Positions 36,532-50,457 of a stretch of 63,012 bases of DNA are shown one piece after another; the first letter of the stretch is position 1; every line of letters starts with the position of its first letter. The DNA lies in contig JAPETS010000015.1 of NCBI GenBank assembly GCA_026023565.1, positions 620,001 to 683,012 of the forward strand, read 5' to 3'. The DNA comes from Cirrosporium novae-zelandiae (Eukaryota). The notes under the pieces were generated by a model that was given only the letters and a program-made list of their open reading frames with translations, made no database searches and was not told the origin of the DNA. Position numbers and translations under genes: made by a program.

Positions 36532-37958
36532 ATGTCTAAAGGCACGAAATACATTCTGGTGTCTCTTCCTACATCCATATCCACCTCGAATGACCGGGAA
36601 GAGGCTTTTAACGCTCTACAAGCTACCGTCGCGAACGAAAATGGCGAATTGTTCTCTTTCAGGATACCGGAATTCAAGATCGGAACTTTAGATGCTCTAG
36701 TTCAGCAGGCGGATGAGCTTGCTAAGCTCGAGTCAAGCTGCGAGAATGTTGTTGGCAAGGTTGGGGATTCCTTGAAGAATATCTTGGATGGGGATGAGGA
36801 AAAGATTGCAGAACAGAAGACGGTGAATGATAGTATGAGCATCAAACATGGCTGTTGCTACTAGAAACGCTTATGATTTATGTTACAGAGCCTGTTGACC
36901 AATATCTTCGTACGTTCATGTGGAATAAAGTGAAATATCGTGCGGATAAGCCGTTGGCAGAACTAATCGATTCCCTGCAAAAGGTACTCACTGAATCCCT
37001 ACAGTATACTCAATATATAGCTGACAAACACAAAAAGGAGGCTTCAAGCATCGAAAATGACGTGAAGGGCAAATACAATCAATACAACCAAGTGAAGACC
37101 AATCTCGCAGCCTTACAACGAAAACAAACGTAAGAATCAAGATCAAGCATAAATACCCCACCACACAAACTAACCAACTAATCTTCCCATCCTTCACGAC
37201 AGCGGCAACCTCTCCACCAAGTCCCTAACCTCAATTGTTGACCCCTCTCTCATCATCCAAGACTCCGAGTATCTCGAAACACACCTTATCGCGGTCCCCA
37301 ATAATCTCATCAAAGACTTTCTGCGCAGCTATGAAACCCTCGCCCCCATGGTTGTGCCCCGTTCCGCTATCCTTGTCGAGTCCGATTCCGAGTACACTCT
37401 CTATACGGTTACTAGTTTTAAAAAGCATAGTTTGGAGTTCGTACATAAGTGTAGGGAGAGGAAATGGGTCCCTCGAGATTATAAGTATAAAGAGGGCGGG
37501 AGGGAGGAGGAGAGGAAGGAAATTGATAAGGTGGGCGCTGATGAGAAGAAATTGTGGGGAGAGGCTTTGCGGTTGGGAAGAACGGGCTGGAGCGAGGCTG
37601 TTATGGTGTGGATACATGTATTGGTTCTGAGAGTGTTTGTGGAAACGGTGCTGAGATATGGTTTGCCATTATCATTTGTTTGTGGTTTGGTTAGGGTGAG
37701 TAACCCCTTTTTTGTTGTGCATTTTCCCTTGGTTGGATTGATCCCATAACTAACTCATCCCAGGTCAATCTCAAGCAAGCAAAGAAGGTGAAGTCCGCCC
37801 TTGACACAAACTACTCCTACCTGGGCGGTAACGCCTTTACTCGCGACAAGAAAGGCCGGATAACAAACGACAACGCTGGTTCTTCAGAAATGCATATGCA
37901 AATAGGCGAGAGTGGTGACTACAGTGCTTTTGTATGCTATGAGTTCGAGGTCAACTAA
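36532..37958 (+). CDS. VMA5: V-type H+-ATPase V1 subunit C
   Basis: Exons 36532-36832, 36889-36983, 37038-37129, 37203-37696, 37764-37958. Motifs IPEFKIGTLDAL, FMWNKVKY, MVVPRSA, LRVFVETVLRYGLP. Confidence 0.96.
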
Positions 37959-38209
37959 TTAATGGCTGAGAGTCTTGGGACTTCGTGTCTACGGTCTGAG
38001 CTTGCGAGCGGAGCTCCCTTGGACTCTTCGGAATTGGACATGAATAGCATCAAGGAAGGGTTTTTTTTATAAAGACTAATCGCATCGCATCAATTCTAGC
38101 GTGCTGAATAAGGATATCTCAAAAGATATGCAAGGCACCAGGCCATTGCAAGCATCGATCTATCTCTAGCTCTACTTCACAAGCAATGCTTTTGTAGTTA
38201 AATACCCGC

Positions 38210-39034
38210 TTAATTAGCAATGGGTTTCAAATAGCCTTTCTCCTCTAGATAATCCAGAACCATCTTGACTGAATCTTCCACGCTCGTTTTCTCTCCGTGG
38301 ATGTGAATTTCAGGGTTCTCGGGTGCCTCGTACGGTGCAGAGATACCTGTAAATTCCTTGATGATGCCAGCTCTTGCTTTCTTGTATAAACCCTTAGGGT
38401 CTCGCTGTTCGGCTACCTCAACGGGGACATCGACGTAGACCTCGATGAAGGGAAGCGGGTCGTCGTTGACGTCCTTGTTGACCGCAGCATGAAGCTCTCG
38501 AGCGGTCTCACGGTCCGCACGGTACGGGGAGATGAAAGAGGTAATGGCAATGGTTGAGGAATCAGCAAATAATTTGGAGACCTGTAATTAAAATGTACCT
38601 CATGTCAGCCCTTCTCATAGCTTATTATCAGGAACCAATTTCAAAAAAAAAATTCATACTTCAGCAATGCGTCGAATATTTTCATTCCGATCCTTCTCGG
38701 AAAAGCCTAGGTCTTTGTTCAGACCAAAGCGTACATTATCGCCATCAAGGCGGTAGGCAGCAAAACCGAGGTGGAGCAGATGCTGTTCGAGTGCCGTAGC
38801 AATTGTAGATTTTCCAGAGGCAGAGAGACCCGTGAACCATATTGTCAGGCCGCGTTGCTTGCGGAAGGTATTTCGCTCCCGGCGAGTGAGGCCTGCATGC
38901 CAGGTGATGTTCCTGGCAGGATGATGCAGATTAGCAAATTGGATACGTGAGGGGGTTGTTATTATAGGCTTTCGAAGGATGGATGGCGGGGCGCTTCTTG
39001 AGTGCCGTGTCTTGGAGCATACCTACGTTGCCAT
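38210..39034 (-). CDS. MET14: Adenylyl-sulfate (APS) kinase
   Basis: Exons 39034-39027 (ATGGCAAC), 38912-38660, 38581-38210. Translation: MATNITWH...[14 protein letters not shown]...[19 protein letters not shown]...AITSFISPY...[13 protein letters not shown]...[15 protein letters not shown]. Confidence 0.96.
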
Positions 39035-41257
39035 GGCTAGAATTTTTCTTTCAAAAAAGCAAGGATCGGGAAAAAAGTCGTGAAGAAGTTCTTCAAAGCG
39101 TTGGGGTTGTGTGGAGTTTGGGAGTTTTTTGGGACTCGACTTCTTGTAAACTTGGGAGTCCAGTTAATCGGCGTGCGTGTCCACTATGATAAACGCAATC
39201 GTGATTAATTAAAGTTTGCTCAGTTTGCATGTCTCCATATAGACTATATCATTGGCAATCAATGGGATGATCAAGATCAACAATAATAATATCGAATACA
39301 CAATAAGATCTTTATCCAATTTCCTTTTAGTCCTCCCGTTTATTGAAATTTATAAAGGGATTCCTTGATATTTTCAGAATATTTGTCCTGCCATCTCATG
39401 GATTGTCTCGTTGCACAACTTCTCCAAGGCTTTTCACGTTGGGCATCACCCCTTTTTTGGACTATGGCTCTTTTATGCCCGGTTTCCGATGGTTGTACGC
39501 ATGACGCTTCAATCCCCTCGAGGTCCTAGGCTTTTCATTCTTGGTATTACGTCTGGTTCAGGTAATGCAGGACATTTGGCGACTTAACAAGTGAAGATGG
39601 AAGCCGTCTTTCAATGTCGAACAACATCAATTGAATGTTCAACATGTTCGACCAACTGGTCTCAAACAGCTATAGATCAGGCATATATAGTCGATTATTC
39701 CTCAATAGACCGGCAATCCGCAGAGGCTACCCCGGGCATAATTGAAATCGGACAAATGCCGTGTCGACAAGGCACCTCTTTCTAGGATCCGTTAGCTAAT
39801 GACAGATTCGATATTTCAACATCGTAGAGGAGAAAGCGTTCAGATGATGGACGGCCTGGCACACCCATGTCGATTCCTTTTCCATTTCCTGGTTGGCAGT
39901 CATACTCGATTTCGGGCTATTTGGAGCAAATTTTTGCATTGTGTATCAATCCTAGTAGCCACAGAAGTCTCAAACATTATCAATCGGCTTAGAAATCTCT
40001 GCCATCTCCTCAAGCCTGAATGCTTCCTATCCCTTCCGCTTGACCAAACGATAGCTGTCCCTGAATAATGCTTTGTGGCGTACTGGAATCTATCAGTTCA
40101 GGTGGCAACCAGCCAATATGGGAGACCTTTCCATAGCGCAATCACACACCAAACCCTTGTTTCCCTGTCTCCCCGTATCCCTGTCTCCCTGTCTACGTTT
40201 CAAAAATATCGCATTGCCGGTGGTTGTCGTCCATCAATGCAGAACAAACGTACCAAGGGCCATAATAATTGATCTGATGTTCAAACGAGATGCACCAGCC
40301 AGCCGCCTGTTTTCACAGATTGCCAGAAATTACTAGAAGTCCACAAGGTGGTTGTATTCACAAAGAAGGCTGAGTATCCGGCAGTCAGCCGCACTGGCAT
40401 GGCGACGCATGCGCCGCTGATAGGAGCCAACATCAAGATGCTTGGAGAAGTCTCATCAATTTATCTCTTTATCAGTAGGCCCTCGATCTTCATCTGCTTT
40501 TAACTCAAGACAATGCCACCACCTTCATTAAGACATTTACTGCTCCTTTCTTCTTTTGTGTTCCTCAAAATATGTCTTCATAATATCCTCCATACAGTTC
40601 ATTACTTACTAACATTTACTATTCTGGCTTTCAAAGCCTTATCGGTATCATCCTTTGCTGCTATTCATATTCTGAGCTATTCCTCTTCGTGGATTTGTGG
40701 TTAATTGTTTTTTTGTTTATATAAATTTTGAACTTGGCCGTCGGATCGTTCAACTTGACCCTAACTTGATGTTTGCTCAGGAATCAACAGCACACTCCTC
40801 GTACAGGGTCCAATTCTCCTTTGCTGATTTAATTAATTGATTCGGTCCATCGAGATGCAAAGGTTGAAATGCTAGGTTTGATGGGTTGAGTCACTTGCAG
40901 TTGTAACTTTGTGTTGATAGGGGGTATTGATATCCGGGCTTGGCATAGTGGTTGAGATCAAATCTAGAAAATGAAGAAGAAAAGGAAGCACGACCTCACA
41001 GTTGTGATTGCAAACACCTTAACCTCCCCACCTTGACCCCCTCGCTACATTCACTCAAAGCATGTCTTAGCAGATGGTCGCAACAGAGCTTGTGCTTAGC
41101 TTTTCAACCTCAGTCACTTAAAAATCATCTTAAACTACTACTCCTTGAGAATCAATCCTCTTCACCACACATATTTGCTCTAAGGCCTATTCGCGTTCGC
41201 ATTCCCATATGAGGCACCAGAAATAAAGTACCCCGTCAACGCCTGTTTCCTCTTTCC

Positions 41258-42780
41258 ATGGCGACGAATCTTTGGGATACCCTTGCTGAGAAAATCGCAG
41301 GCAAAGGTGAGACTCGTTCATCATATTCACACCTCGACCTTTGAGCTAACATCACCAAGGACCTGCCTCGCGCATGCAGAATCGCATCATCAATTTAGAC
41401 CTCCAGCGCTCCGTTGAAAATTACCCCAATAATACCACTCGCGACTTTGCGACTAAAGAAGCTCCACGAAATGTCTCTCACGCCAGTGAACGTATTCGGC
41501 CAATGTTAGCTCATGTAACTACGATGCTAGATGCAGCTTCTCAAAAGACTCCTCCAGCTACGCATTTCCCAGAGCATACAAGAGCGCTTACCCCAACTCA
41601 TTTCTCTCCTCATCCAAGCGACGAATCAATTGCTTCAGAGACATCGCAATATCCAAGGAGAAGAAGCAACATTTCTTTTAGCTCACTTCAGCTGCCACCT
41701 CGCAACAATTCCATTTCTGGTTTTCCAAATGAAGTACAAACATCAATAAGACATTGGCAGAGCACACCAACCTCGCCAGTCCGCAGGTCTTTTCCCTCTG
41801 AGGATAACCTTATTCGGCAATCTTGTTTATACCCGGCAGTTCCACTAGGGCCAATGATTGGTGGTTTTGGACGTTACCGACGCTTTGCGGGAGCTTCCCA
41901 GGACTGGATCGAGAGTAATGCAGTCGATAAGGTTGGCGATCTAGCAGGTCTTTATCCAGAGCAATATCATGCCGAGCTCTCAGGTAGTAAGACATTGGAG
42001 TTTGTGCAGCGACGACTGAGCAAAGACTCCACAAAGTCCTCTTCTTCTGGTGGCCTCGAGTTTGAGATTGATCCAAAGAATGGCCATATTATCCAAAGGG
42101 GGTTTACTCGTTCTGAACCAAACAGTTTTGGGGCCAGGCAGGATAGGCAAATTCAACGATCCCTCAGCTACCTTTCGAATGGCGTCGCCTCCGCCTTTGA
42201 TTATGAAAAAACTACGGCTGAGAAGAGATTGTCAAATCCCATTCTACCTGCAACAGAAGAAGTTGATGAGAATACCATTGATGAAGCCGAAGCAACAACC
42301 CTTGAGCAGTCTCACCAGCCAGATGGACAACTCGCTCTGATCGGCTCAAGCGAGAACCCTGGATATCATGATTACAAGGCTGTCCGACAGGAGCGCATGA
42401 AATCCATGATGGCCATGCAAGCAATGCACACAGTTGATGCTTCTCCAAAAGACAAAGGTCATGGTTTCAGACTCGACATGAATCCAGCGAACACAGACAG
42501 CGCAATCGACGATAACGATGAATTTGAAGACGAACCAGATTTCCCATTCGCCATCCCACAACCAAACGAGAACCAAACTATGCATATTAAACCCGGTGAC
42601 AAGAAGAAATCCACGGTAATACCGCCAGTTATCAAAAGATCAACAACTGGTGGTTCTAGCAAACGCACCGTCAGCGCTCCGGCTAGGCGTGTACCTCAGA
42701 GGTCACTCCGTCGACGATCTGTACGGGAACCTCTGAAAGATAACCCAAAGCTGGTTCGCCGTACTTCGGCACAGCACTAG
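41258..42780 (+). CDS. Hypothetical disordered protein (~490 aa), no recognised domain
   Basis: Exon 41258-41306 (MATNLWDTLAEKIAGK), intron GTGAGA..GCTAAC..AAG, then exon 41360-42780 containing the 468-aa ORF. Confidence 0.75.
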
Positions 42781-43651
42781 ATCCCAACGCTGAGAGTTTG
42801 GGATAATTTAGGATATATCATATCAACAAAGGGCCTTTTGGTCACGATGTTCATGAATATCCTATCTAGGCTAACGAGGATGAAGTTATGGTGGTCAATC
42901 AGAGCCGATATGATGAATTGATAGATATGAAGACTGTAAAGATGAACATGAACTTGATAGTGGACAATACAGCAGCTAATGGGTAATAAATAACGGAGCA
43001 TGAACGGGATGATGTGGAGTTTTGCTGAAAATATGATACGGTCGATGAGAGGAGACAGCTTGTTTATGCGGTGGGCACTGATGGCAATACCAACGGCCGT
43101 GCTTGAGGCTACAACAGCATGGCAACATGAGCGTTGGATATGTTCATCGATTATGCTTTACTTTCTAATGTATTAATTATATTCCCGACACAAATGCAGA
43201 CAGCAGGTGGATATTTACTCGAGTGGATATCAGCGTCACTTCAAATACGACTGATACGAGATATTCTCTGCCAATGCAAGTAAGGGTATACTTTAGCGGC
43301 AAATAGCTAATGTTTTATGTACATTAATTTTTTTTACTCTCAAATAATATTCCTATGGACACAATGGCTTTCTAGATGAATAGATACATGTAATTATAAA
43401 ATGATAAAGAGGACAAAGTACTTAGGTATCTAGGTAAAATAGAAAATACTTTGATTGGCTTGAGGAGTCTCCAAGAGCGTTGGCCCAAGCTCCCTCTCTC
43501 CCTCGAGCCGAGCACCGAGCACCGACCACTGACCACAATCAATTAGAGTCGCATGAGTGGCACGGTGGGAATCTCGAAATCGTAGAGGTGTGATTCTTTC
43601 GAGTGCGTTTCTCAGCCATCTGGTGTCTCCCACCAGTAACCATCTTTGAAG

Positions 43652-45327
43652 ATGAATAACTCCAGGTTCTTACATTCAATTACTCGTCGTTCGTATAACC
43701 ATGTTGCAACAAGAGCACTTCCCCGTACTGCATGGTTGTCGACCATAGCACCTCCGGTGACTCGAGCTATCTTCAACACCACCAAGACCAGCTTCCCTTC
43801 TCCTTGTTCATTGTCTTCCTCCCTCCCCCGGCCAATCCAGAGCTCACAGCCATGCCGTTACTCCTCTGCCGATAGCCATGCCTCCACGCCGCTATCCAAA
43901 ACGGCATTATACGATGAACATGTTGCACATGGAGCCAAGATGGTACCGTTTGCGGGGTACACGATGCCGCTCTACTATAGTGATCTGTCGCATGCCGAAT
44001 CGCACCAGTGGACAAGAGAGAAGGCTAGCTTGTTTGATGTAGGGCATATGTACGTCTTTGGATCTAGACCTATTCGTGATATACAAAGTTCTTTCCATTT
44101 CAGGACGGCGAGATATTGGGTATACTATCTGCTCGGTCCTACCGACTGATTTAGAAGCAATTGTCTTCCCAATTGAGCATAGAGACAACAGTCTTGGCTG
44201 TTACGTAGTTATATATAATTACTAATTTTTTAATTACATTCAGGGTTCAGCACACTTTCACCGGTGCACTCGCTCTCTCATTCCTCTCCACCATTACTCC
44301 CGCTTCTCTCTCCGGTTTAAAGCCCTACACCTCCACTCTCTCCACCCTTCTCCATCCTAAAACAGGTGGCATTGTCGATGATACAATCATCACCCGTATT
44401 GGCCCCGAGTCCTTCTACGTCGTCACCAATGCTGGTTGCCGTGACAAAGATCTTGCATACTTATCTGCACGAATTAAAGAATTCCTAGCATCCCAGCCAG
44501 AAGTTCGTACTCCCGCAGCTCTACAGTGGGATGTCATATCTTCCAATGCTCTTCTTGCGCTTCAAGGACCCCTTGCAATGGAGGCCTTGCAACCCCTTGT
44601 CCCCCCCACCGTAGATCTCAAATCCTTGTACTTTTCCCACAGCCTGCACACCCCTCTTGTTCTTCCTTCTGGTGAACCAAGCTCCGAAGCCGCCCTCATC
44701 TCTCGAACAGGCTACACCGGTGAAGACGGGTTTGAAATATCCCTACCGTTCTCTTTCGCAGTCCCCTTTGCTCAGGCCCTTCTCTCCAATCCCTCGGTTA
44801 AGCTGGTCGGGTTGGCTGCAAGAGATAGTCTCCGTCTTGAAGCTGGGATGTGTCTTTATGGTCATGATCTTAACGATGACATCACACCTGTAGAGGCAGG
44901 GCTCAGCTGGATTATTGGAAAAGATAGGAGGACGAAGGACGCTGGATTTCATGGTGCAGAGGTTATAGCTTCTCAGCTAACACCAAAGAAAGATGGTGGT
45001 TCTCCTCCAGCACGGAGACGTGTTGGTTTGGTGGTCGAAGGAGCTCCAGCCAGAGAGGGAGCGACAATCGGTATCTCCAAACCGGATGCTCCCGCACCCA
45101 CTGCAGGTAAAACTCCCGCGGAAGATAGCATTGAGGAGATTGGCCACGTCACAAGCGGTGGCCCAAGCATCAGTCTTCCGGGAACAAATATTGCGATGGG
45201 ATATGTGCGCCGCGGATTCCAGAAGTCAGGAACAGATGTTTGGGTAAAGGTAAGGAAGACGTGGAGGAAGGGAACTATAACGAAGATGCCATTTGTGGAG
45301 GCGAAATATTATAAGGGTGAGAAATAG
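43652..45327 (+). CDS. GCV1: Glycine cleavage system T protein (aminomethyltransferase), mitochondrial
   Basis: Exons 43652-44049 and 44244-45327. Presequence, then [65 protein letters not shown]. Confidence 0.96.
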
Positions 45328-46314
45328 GATTGTTGAACGAATGTGGTGGCTTTTTGGTTATGAGATCTTGAGAAGATCAAGATCAAATTTTGGATTCCCT
45401 TTTTGGATGATGTTCAACACTCTCCATTATATATATCTCCCATTGAAGTAACAGATGTAAAAATTATGATATTGAACAACTGTGAACCTGCATATTGTTG
45501 TATTTGTCAGCGAGGTTAAAATTGCCATACTCTAAGATGTATGCTTCATTTGGAGTAGCTAAGGTATGTAGCCTTGACAGTGTTTTCAGCGTTGACACTT
45601 GGAAGTTTCTCCCACCGGTCTTTTCAACTTCGATATTTTGGTCGATTCATTGAACCAATGCCAAGAAGCTGGAGTCTTGGTAGTAGAAGAGATATTTTCG
45701 GAGAACCCAGAGCCCGTAACCCGCAATGGCCAAGTACAACCACCAGTTAAAGAAACGGAGGACATAAGTCTTTCAGAAAGTGATAATCCATCACCAGAAC
45801 CTGTCCTGTACTGTTGCCTGCATTGGTCCGCAATTACCCCTATGAGAATAGGAAATGCCGTTTGCCAATAACGTTCATAGGCTCATGGTTTCGTTTCCCC
45901 TTTGGTCATATATTGAATATCCACCCAATCAACAGGACGGTCCTATTTATCGACACTCAGGAACACGGTACCAACCAAGACGACACGGCTACCGTATCTG
46001 CAGGTACAACCGCCCGGATATTTTTGCATTGCTCATCTTCAGCCCTGGTTAATGTTAGACCTGTCTATTTTCTCCAAGGTGATTGGTGCGACTTCTCCAG
46101 ACATTGGTCCATCTCTCCCCACCCTCCATCTCCATGTCAAGTTTCCCCGCATATACTCAACGAGCATCACCAGAGAATTACAAATATCTCATGTCTTCGG
46201 TAATGAGAAATTCCGAAGCAACTCTCGAGTAAATACCTTCATGTGAATATAATAGATAGATGAGCATGATGCCGTTTCAATGGGATCCCAGCCAGCGCGA
46301 ATTAGGTGGACAAG

Positions 46315-48681
46315 ATGCTTACTCGACAAAATCTACTGAAGTTATTTATTTTTCTGAATAGCCTTCTGGCTGTTCAAGCAAGACCAGCGCTGAAAACCAG
46401 AACGGATAATGGCCTTGCGTTGACGCCTCCTATGGGATGGAATTCCTACAATCATTACTCATGTTCTCCAAACGAAACGATTATAAAGTCTAATGCCGCT
46501 GCTCTCATTAGTCTAGGGCTTGCGGATGTTGGGTACGAGTATGTGACGCCAGACTGTACGATCCTTTTATCCATACTGTCCGAGGTCAATTGAATAACTT
46601 AGCCCGCAGGTGGATGGACTATCCCGTCCAGACTTGAGAATGGATCTTTAACATGGAATTCGTCGCTTTTTCCCAGCGGGTTTCCCGCCCTTGGTGAATA
46701 TATACATAACTTGGGTCTGAAGTTTGGCGTCTATTCGGATTCTGGAGTCCAAATGTGTATGACAGGAGGTGTAGACCAAGCAGGATCCTTATGTCGGTTC
46801 TTTTTTTCAATCATCCCTAACTTTAAACCACTAACCCTTCCGCAGATCACGAAGCGGAAGATGCAAAAACCTTTGCTGGTTGGGGGGCTGACATGCTCAA
46901 ATGTTACTACACCTATTTGCCATGACAAAGAGCTTCATTTGCTAATCGACCTAGACGATAACTGCTACTCCGACGCGGCGTCAGGCTACCCAAACACCAA
47001 CTATGCGCCCTCTACTTCTCCTGCTCCACGCATGTATAACATGTCGCAAGCATTATTAGCTACCGGTCGAGATATTGTTTTTGCTATTTGCGAGTGGGGT
47101 GTAGGTATGTGAAGCCTGCCCAGGAGTTATCAAATTAATCACCGCTTACACAGTCATCAAGATTATCCTACTGCGTGGGCTCCATCCATGGTAAGCTACG
47201 AGCTTCGTAACATATTGTTGTTCACGCTAATTTTCATGTTAGGGCAATACCTGGCGTGTCACCAATGATATTATACCTTATTGGAAGACAATCTGGAGAA
47301 TTCTAAACCAGATTGTTCCTCAGACAGCAGCTGCTTCCTCTGGCCAATGGTTGGATTTAGACATGTTGGAAGTTGGAAATGACATTTTTACTGAAGCTGA
47401 GGAACAAACACATTTCTCTCTCTGGAGCATTATCAAATCACCGTTGGTTATTGGCAGCGCATTGAAAGATGAGTACACAGCCATTAGCGATACTTCCTTG
47501 GCAATCCTTAAGAATGAGGATGTTATTTCCTACAACCAAGACTCTCTTGGTGAAGCTGCGAAATTCCAGAAGCGATATACCGAAGATGGATATGAAGTCT
47601 GGTCAGGCGATCTATCAGACGATCGCGTCGTTGCCGCACTCATCAATTGGCAAGATAGCGAGCGAGACCTAACGCTTACGCTCCCCGATATTGGACTTCA
47701 GACTGCAGGGAGCTTGAAGAACATCTGGCTAGACACTTCAGCAAGCGATGTCCTCACAACCTACACTGCAAGCGTCCCTGCCCATGGAACTATGTTGTTG
47801 GAATTAGCAGATACGACAGCGGCAGGGGAATATAGTGCGGACCAATTCGCTACCACCTCGGGGTATGTATTCGAATTTTAATTTCCTAGATGAGAATAAT
47901 TCATTAACAGCGATGCGGAAATAGCAAAACCACAAGATTCAGTAAGATCTATGGCATTACGACCTCGAGTTCGTATTCCATCACTATTGCCTTCACATCC
48001 TCTCTTTCGGATTCGTCGACAATAACTCTTGGCACATCCGCTTCCTCGGATACTGCTACATCTACTCTGGCCGCTGGTTCCAAGAGTCTCACCAGCACCA
48101 TCACTCTCCAGGCATCAACTAATAACACAGTTACCATCACGCATCCCACTGACCTCACAGTATCTTCTATCTCCATCACTGCTCCCGATGGCACGTATTA
48201 TGCAGCTTCATCCTTTACACTTTCAGGCAACGCAGTCCTCGACACATGCGAGGCTGGCCTCTGCCATCCCACTGGCACCAAAGTCGGTTATGTCAGCCCA
48301 TCCGGCAGTGCAACGATTTCAATAACCCGAAATTCTACCTCGAATGAATCCTCGAGCACGGTTTCCAAATACATCTGGCTCGACTACACCAACAACGACA
48401 TTGCCTTTTCTACAGCTTGGAATGATGGTACCAACACGAGAAATCTCACCATCAAGGTTAATGATGCGGAAACTACGAGGGTGGAACTCCCATTGTCGGG
48501 ACACAGCTCAGAGCTATTCAGCCCAGAAAATGGGTGGCAAGATTCTGGTACCTTTGGGGTGCTGGTTGGTGGATTCGGAACAGGCAGTGGATCAGACACG
48601 ATAGTGGTAAGCAACGAAGGAGGGAGCGCCGGGGTAGAGAGTTACGGGGCAGACTTTGTAGGATTTAAGATTCTGGGGTAG
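46315..48681 (+). CDS. Secreted GH27 alpha-galactosidase with C-terminal CBM35-like modules (AglD-like)
   Basis: Exons 46315-46555, 46610-46792, 46846-46902, 46955-47104, 47162-47190, 47243-47862, 47925-48681. Signal peptide, NGLALTPPMGWNSYN, PDCGW, LKYDNCY, WRVTNDI, DLDMLEVGN, then Ser/Thr-rich beta-sandwich C-terminus. Confidence 0.92.
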
Positions 48682-49645
48682 AGGAATTCCAGGCAGATGA
48701 TATAAAAAATTAATGATATAGTATTGAGAGTTTGCCTTGGTGCGCCTCGCTTCTATGATTGTGGAAGTAGAACTCGGCTGGCTAAATAATAATCCATGCC
48801 GAGTATAACACAGGATGACGGGTTTGCCTTTCACCGAGTACTTTGCTTTGAGCTTCTAGATGCGAGGCAGAAATAATGGATGAAATAAGGTGCTAGACAC
48901 CTACATAGATATAGGAAGGTGCGAATTAATTACACCAAGGCCACCATCCGAAAAAATAATTCAGCCTCGAATCCTTGGATTGATTATTTATCTGATGTCC
49001 ATTGGTTATTTCAAAAGCATCCACGTAAGGATCCCTAGTCCATTAATCAACCTCGATGCTCATCTCTGAATCCTTCAAACAGTTCGAAAGGAAGGAAAAC
49101 CCATTTCTCCCCCCCCTCCTCTCTCTCTCTCGAAGAAAAAGTCAATTGTAATATAGCTACAAAATATGCTTCTCTTCTCATACGATCTAAATGATTATAT
49201 TTCCTTTCAGATCTTCATCAACTAGGTTATGATGCTCGATAATTTTTCGGTGACCGGAACACCCCGCAAAAGTATGGGAAGATGTAAGTAATTGTAAGTA
49301 ATTAAATGGTCCCCATAAGGCTAACCGGTACTTCGAGGTTACATTTTTGGTAGGTCTTACAGCGACACTTACAGCAACAAGTACTTAGGTAGCTATAGCT
49401 TGAGCGGTAGCACACAGTTCGTTCGTTTTTATTGTCTGTGGGGTTGAGTGGCACCGGAGGTTCGGGGACACCGTAAACTTAGTCAATTATGACGCCACCG
49501 TAGTCGTTGCTACTTTTAAAAGCTTTCTACCAAGTGGAGAGAACAGGTCCTCGGTTGCCCTGAATTGAGGCTCTCGTTGACCCAGGGAAATTGTTTCGTT
49601 GAAGAATGCCGAAAAGGAAAATGTAAAGGTAGAAGAGCTTGATCC

Positions 49646-49863
49646 GTCTTGGATGGTCTTGGATGGTCTTGGATGGTCTTGGATGGTCTTGGATGGTCTT
49701 GGATGGTCTTGGAAAGGGTCTTTGGTGGATGATGAGTGGCAGAGGCAGGTGGGTGGCAGTGGGTGGCAGTGGGTGGCAGTGGGTGGCATTGCTTGGGACG
49801 GCTTGAGACGGCTTGGAGTAGCTTGGATTTCTTGGATTTCTTGGATTTCTTGGATTTCTTGGA
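49646..49863. repeat. Compound minisatellite cluster
   Basis: (GTCTTGGATG)x6 at 49646-49705, (GTGGGTGGCA)x4 at 49749-49788, (TTGGATTTC)x4 at 49824-49859. Confidence 0.9.
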
Positions 49864-50457
49864 CATTGATATGCAAGGTTGAACATCATTTTTGATCAAC
49901 TTTCCCTGCTTCACTTCAAGCCTTTTGTTTTCTTGGATTCTTAACAGACTCATTAATTATTTTATTATCTAATTAACTAGGACTAGTTACCCCATTCTTG
50001 TCTTTCGCCCCGAGCTACGAAAATCATCTCTTATTGGAGGCTTATGGCGTCTTTTTGTCTTTTTTTTCCCTTGGTATCTTCCAACCATCCACCCATTTGG
50101 GGTACTACAACCTTATCGATTTGTATCCATTGTACTCCCATGTCGATGATACCATTAGTTGCTCAATCCCAGCATCTTTCAAATGTCTGTTCTAATGCCT
50201 GTCCCTAATGCCTGCTCCTTCTTAAGAGCTCCTCGATCCTTTCCTCTCTTTCTCCTCCCTCGTAAAGTTACACGGTTGGATCCACAACATTATCGTCTTT
50301 CCCTCCCAGCCCTTGAACGAGCGGTATCATCTCCCTCGAACAAGTGCTTTAAAACAGCAATTCATATCGCTACGGCTTAGTGGTTAATGCACTCTGCTGC
50401 TCTCAATCGTAATCCTTTCTATTATAATCCCCTCATCCAAGCCATACGGGCAGACAA

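Noticed and set aside
49487..49953. Several repetitive ORFs on both strands; array superficially CRISPR-like
   Set aside because: Products of tandem repeats. There are no unique spacers or cas genes, and the context is eukaryotic.
50370..50410. GGCTTAGTGGTTAA, tRNA A-box-like (similar motif near 49395)
   Set aside because: No B box (GTTCRA), T-arm or acceptor stem; I found no tRNA in the window.
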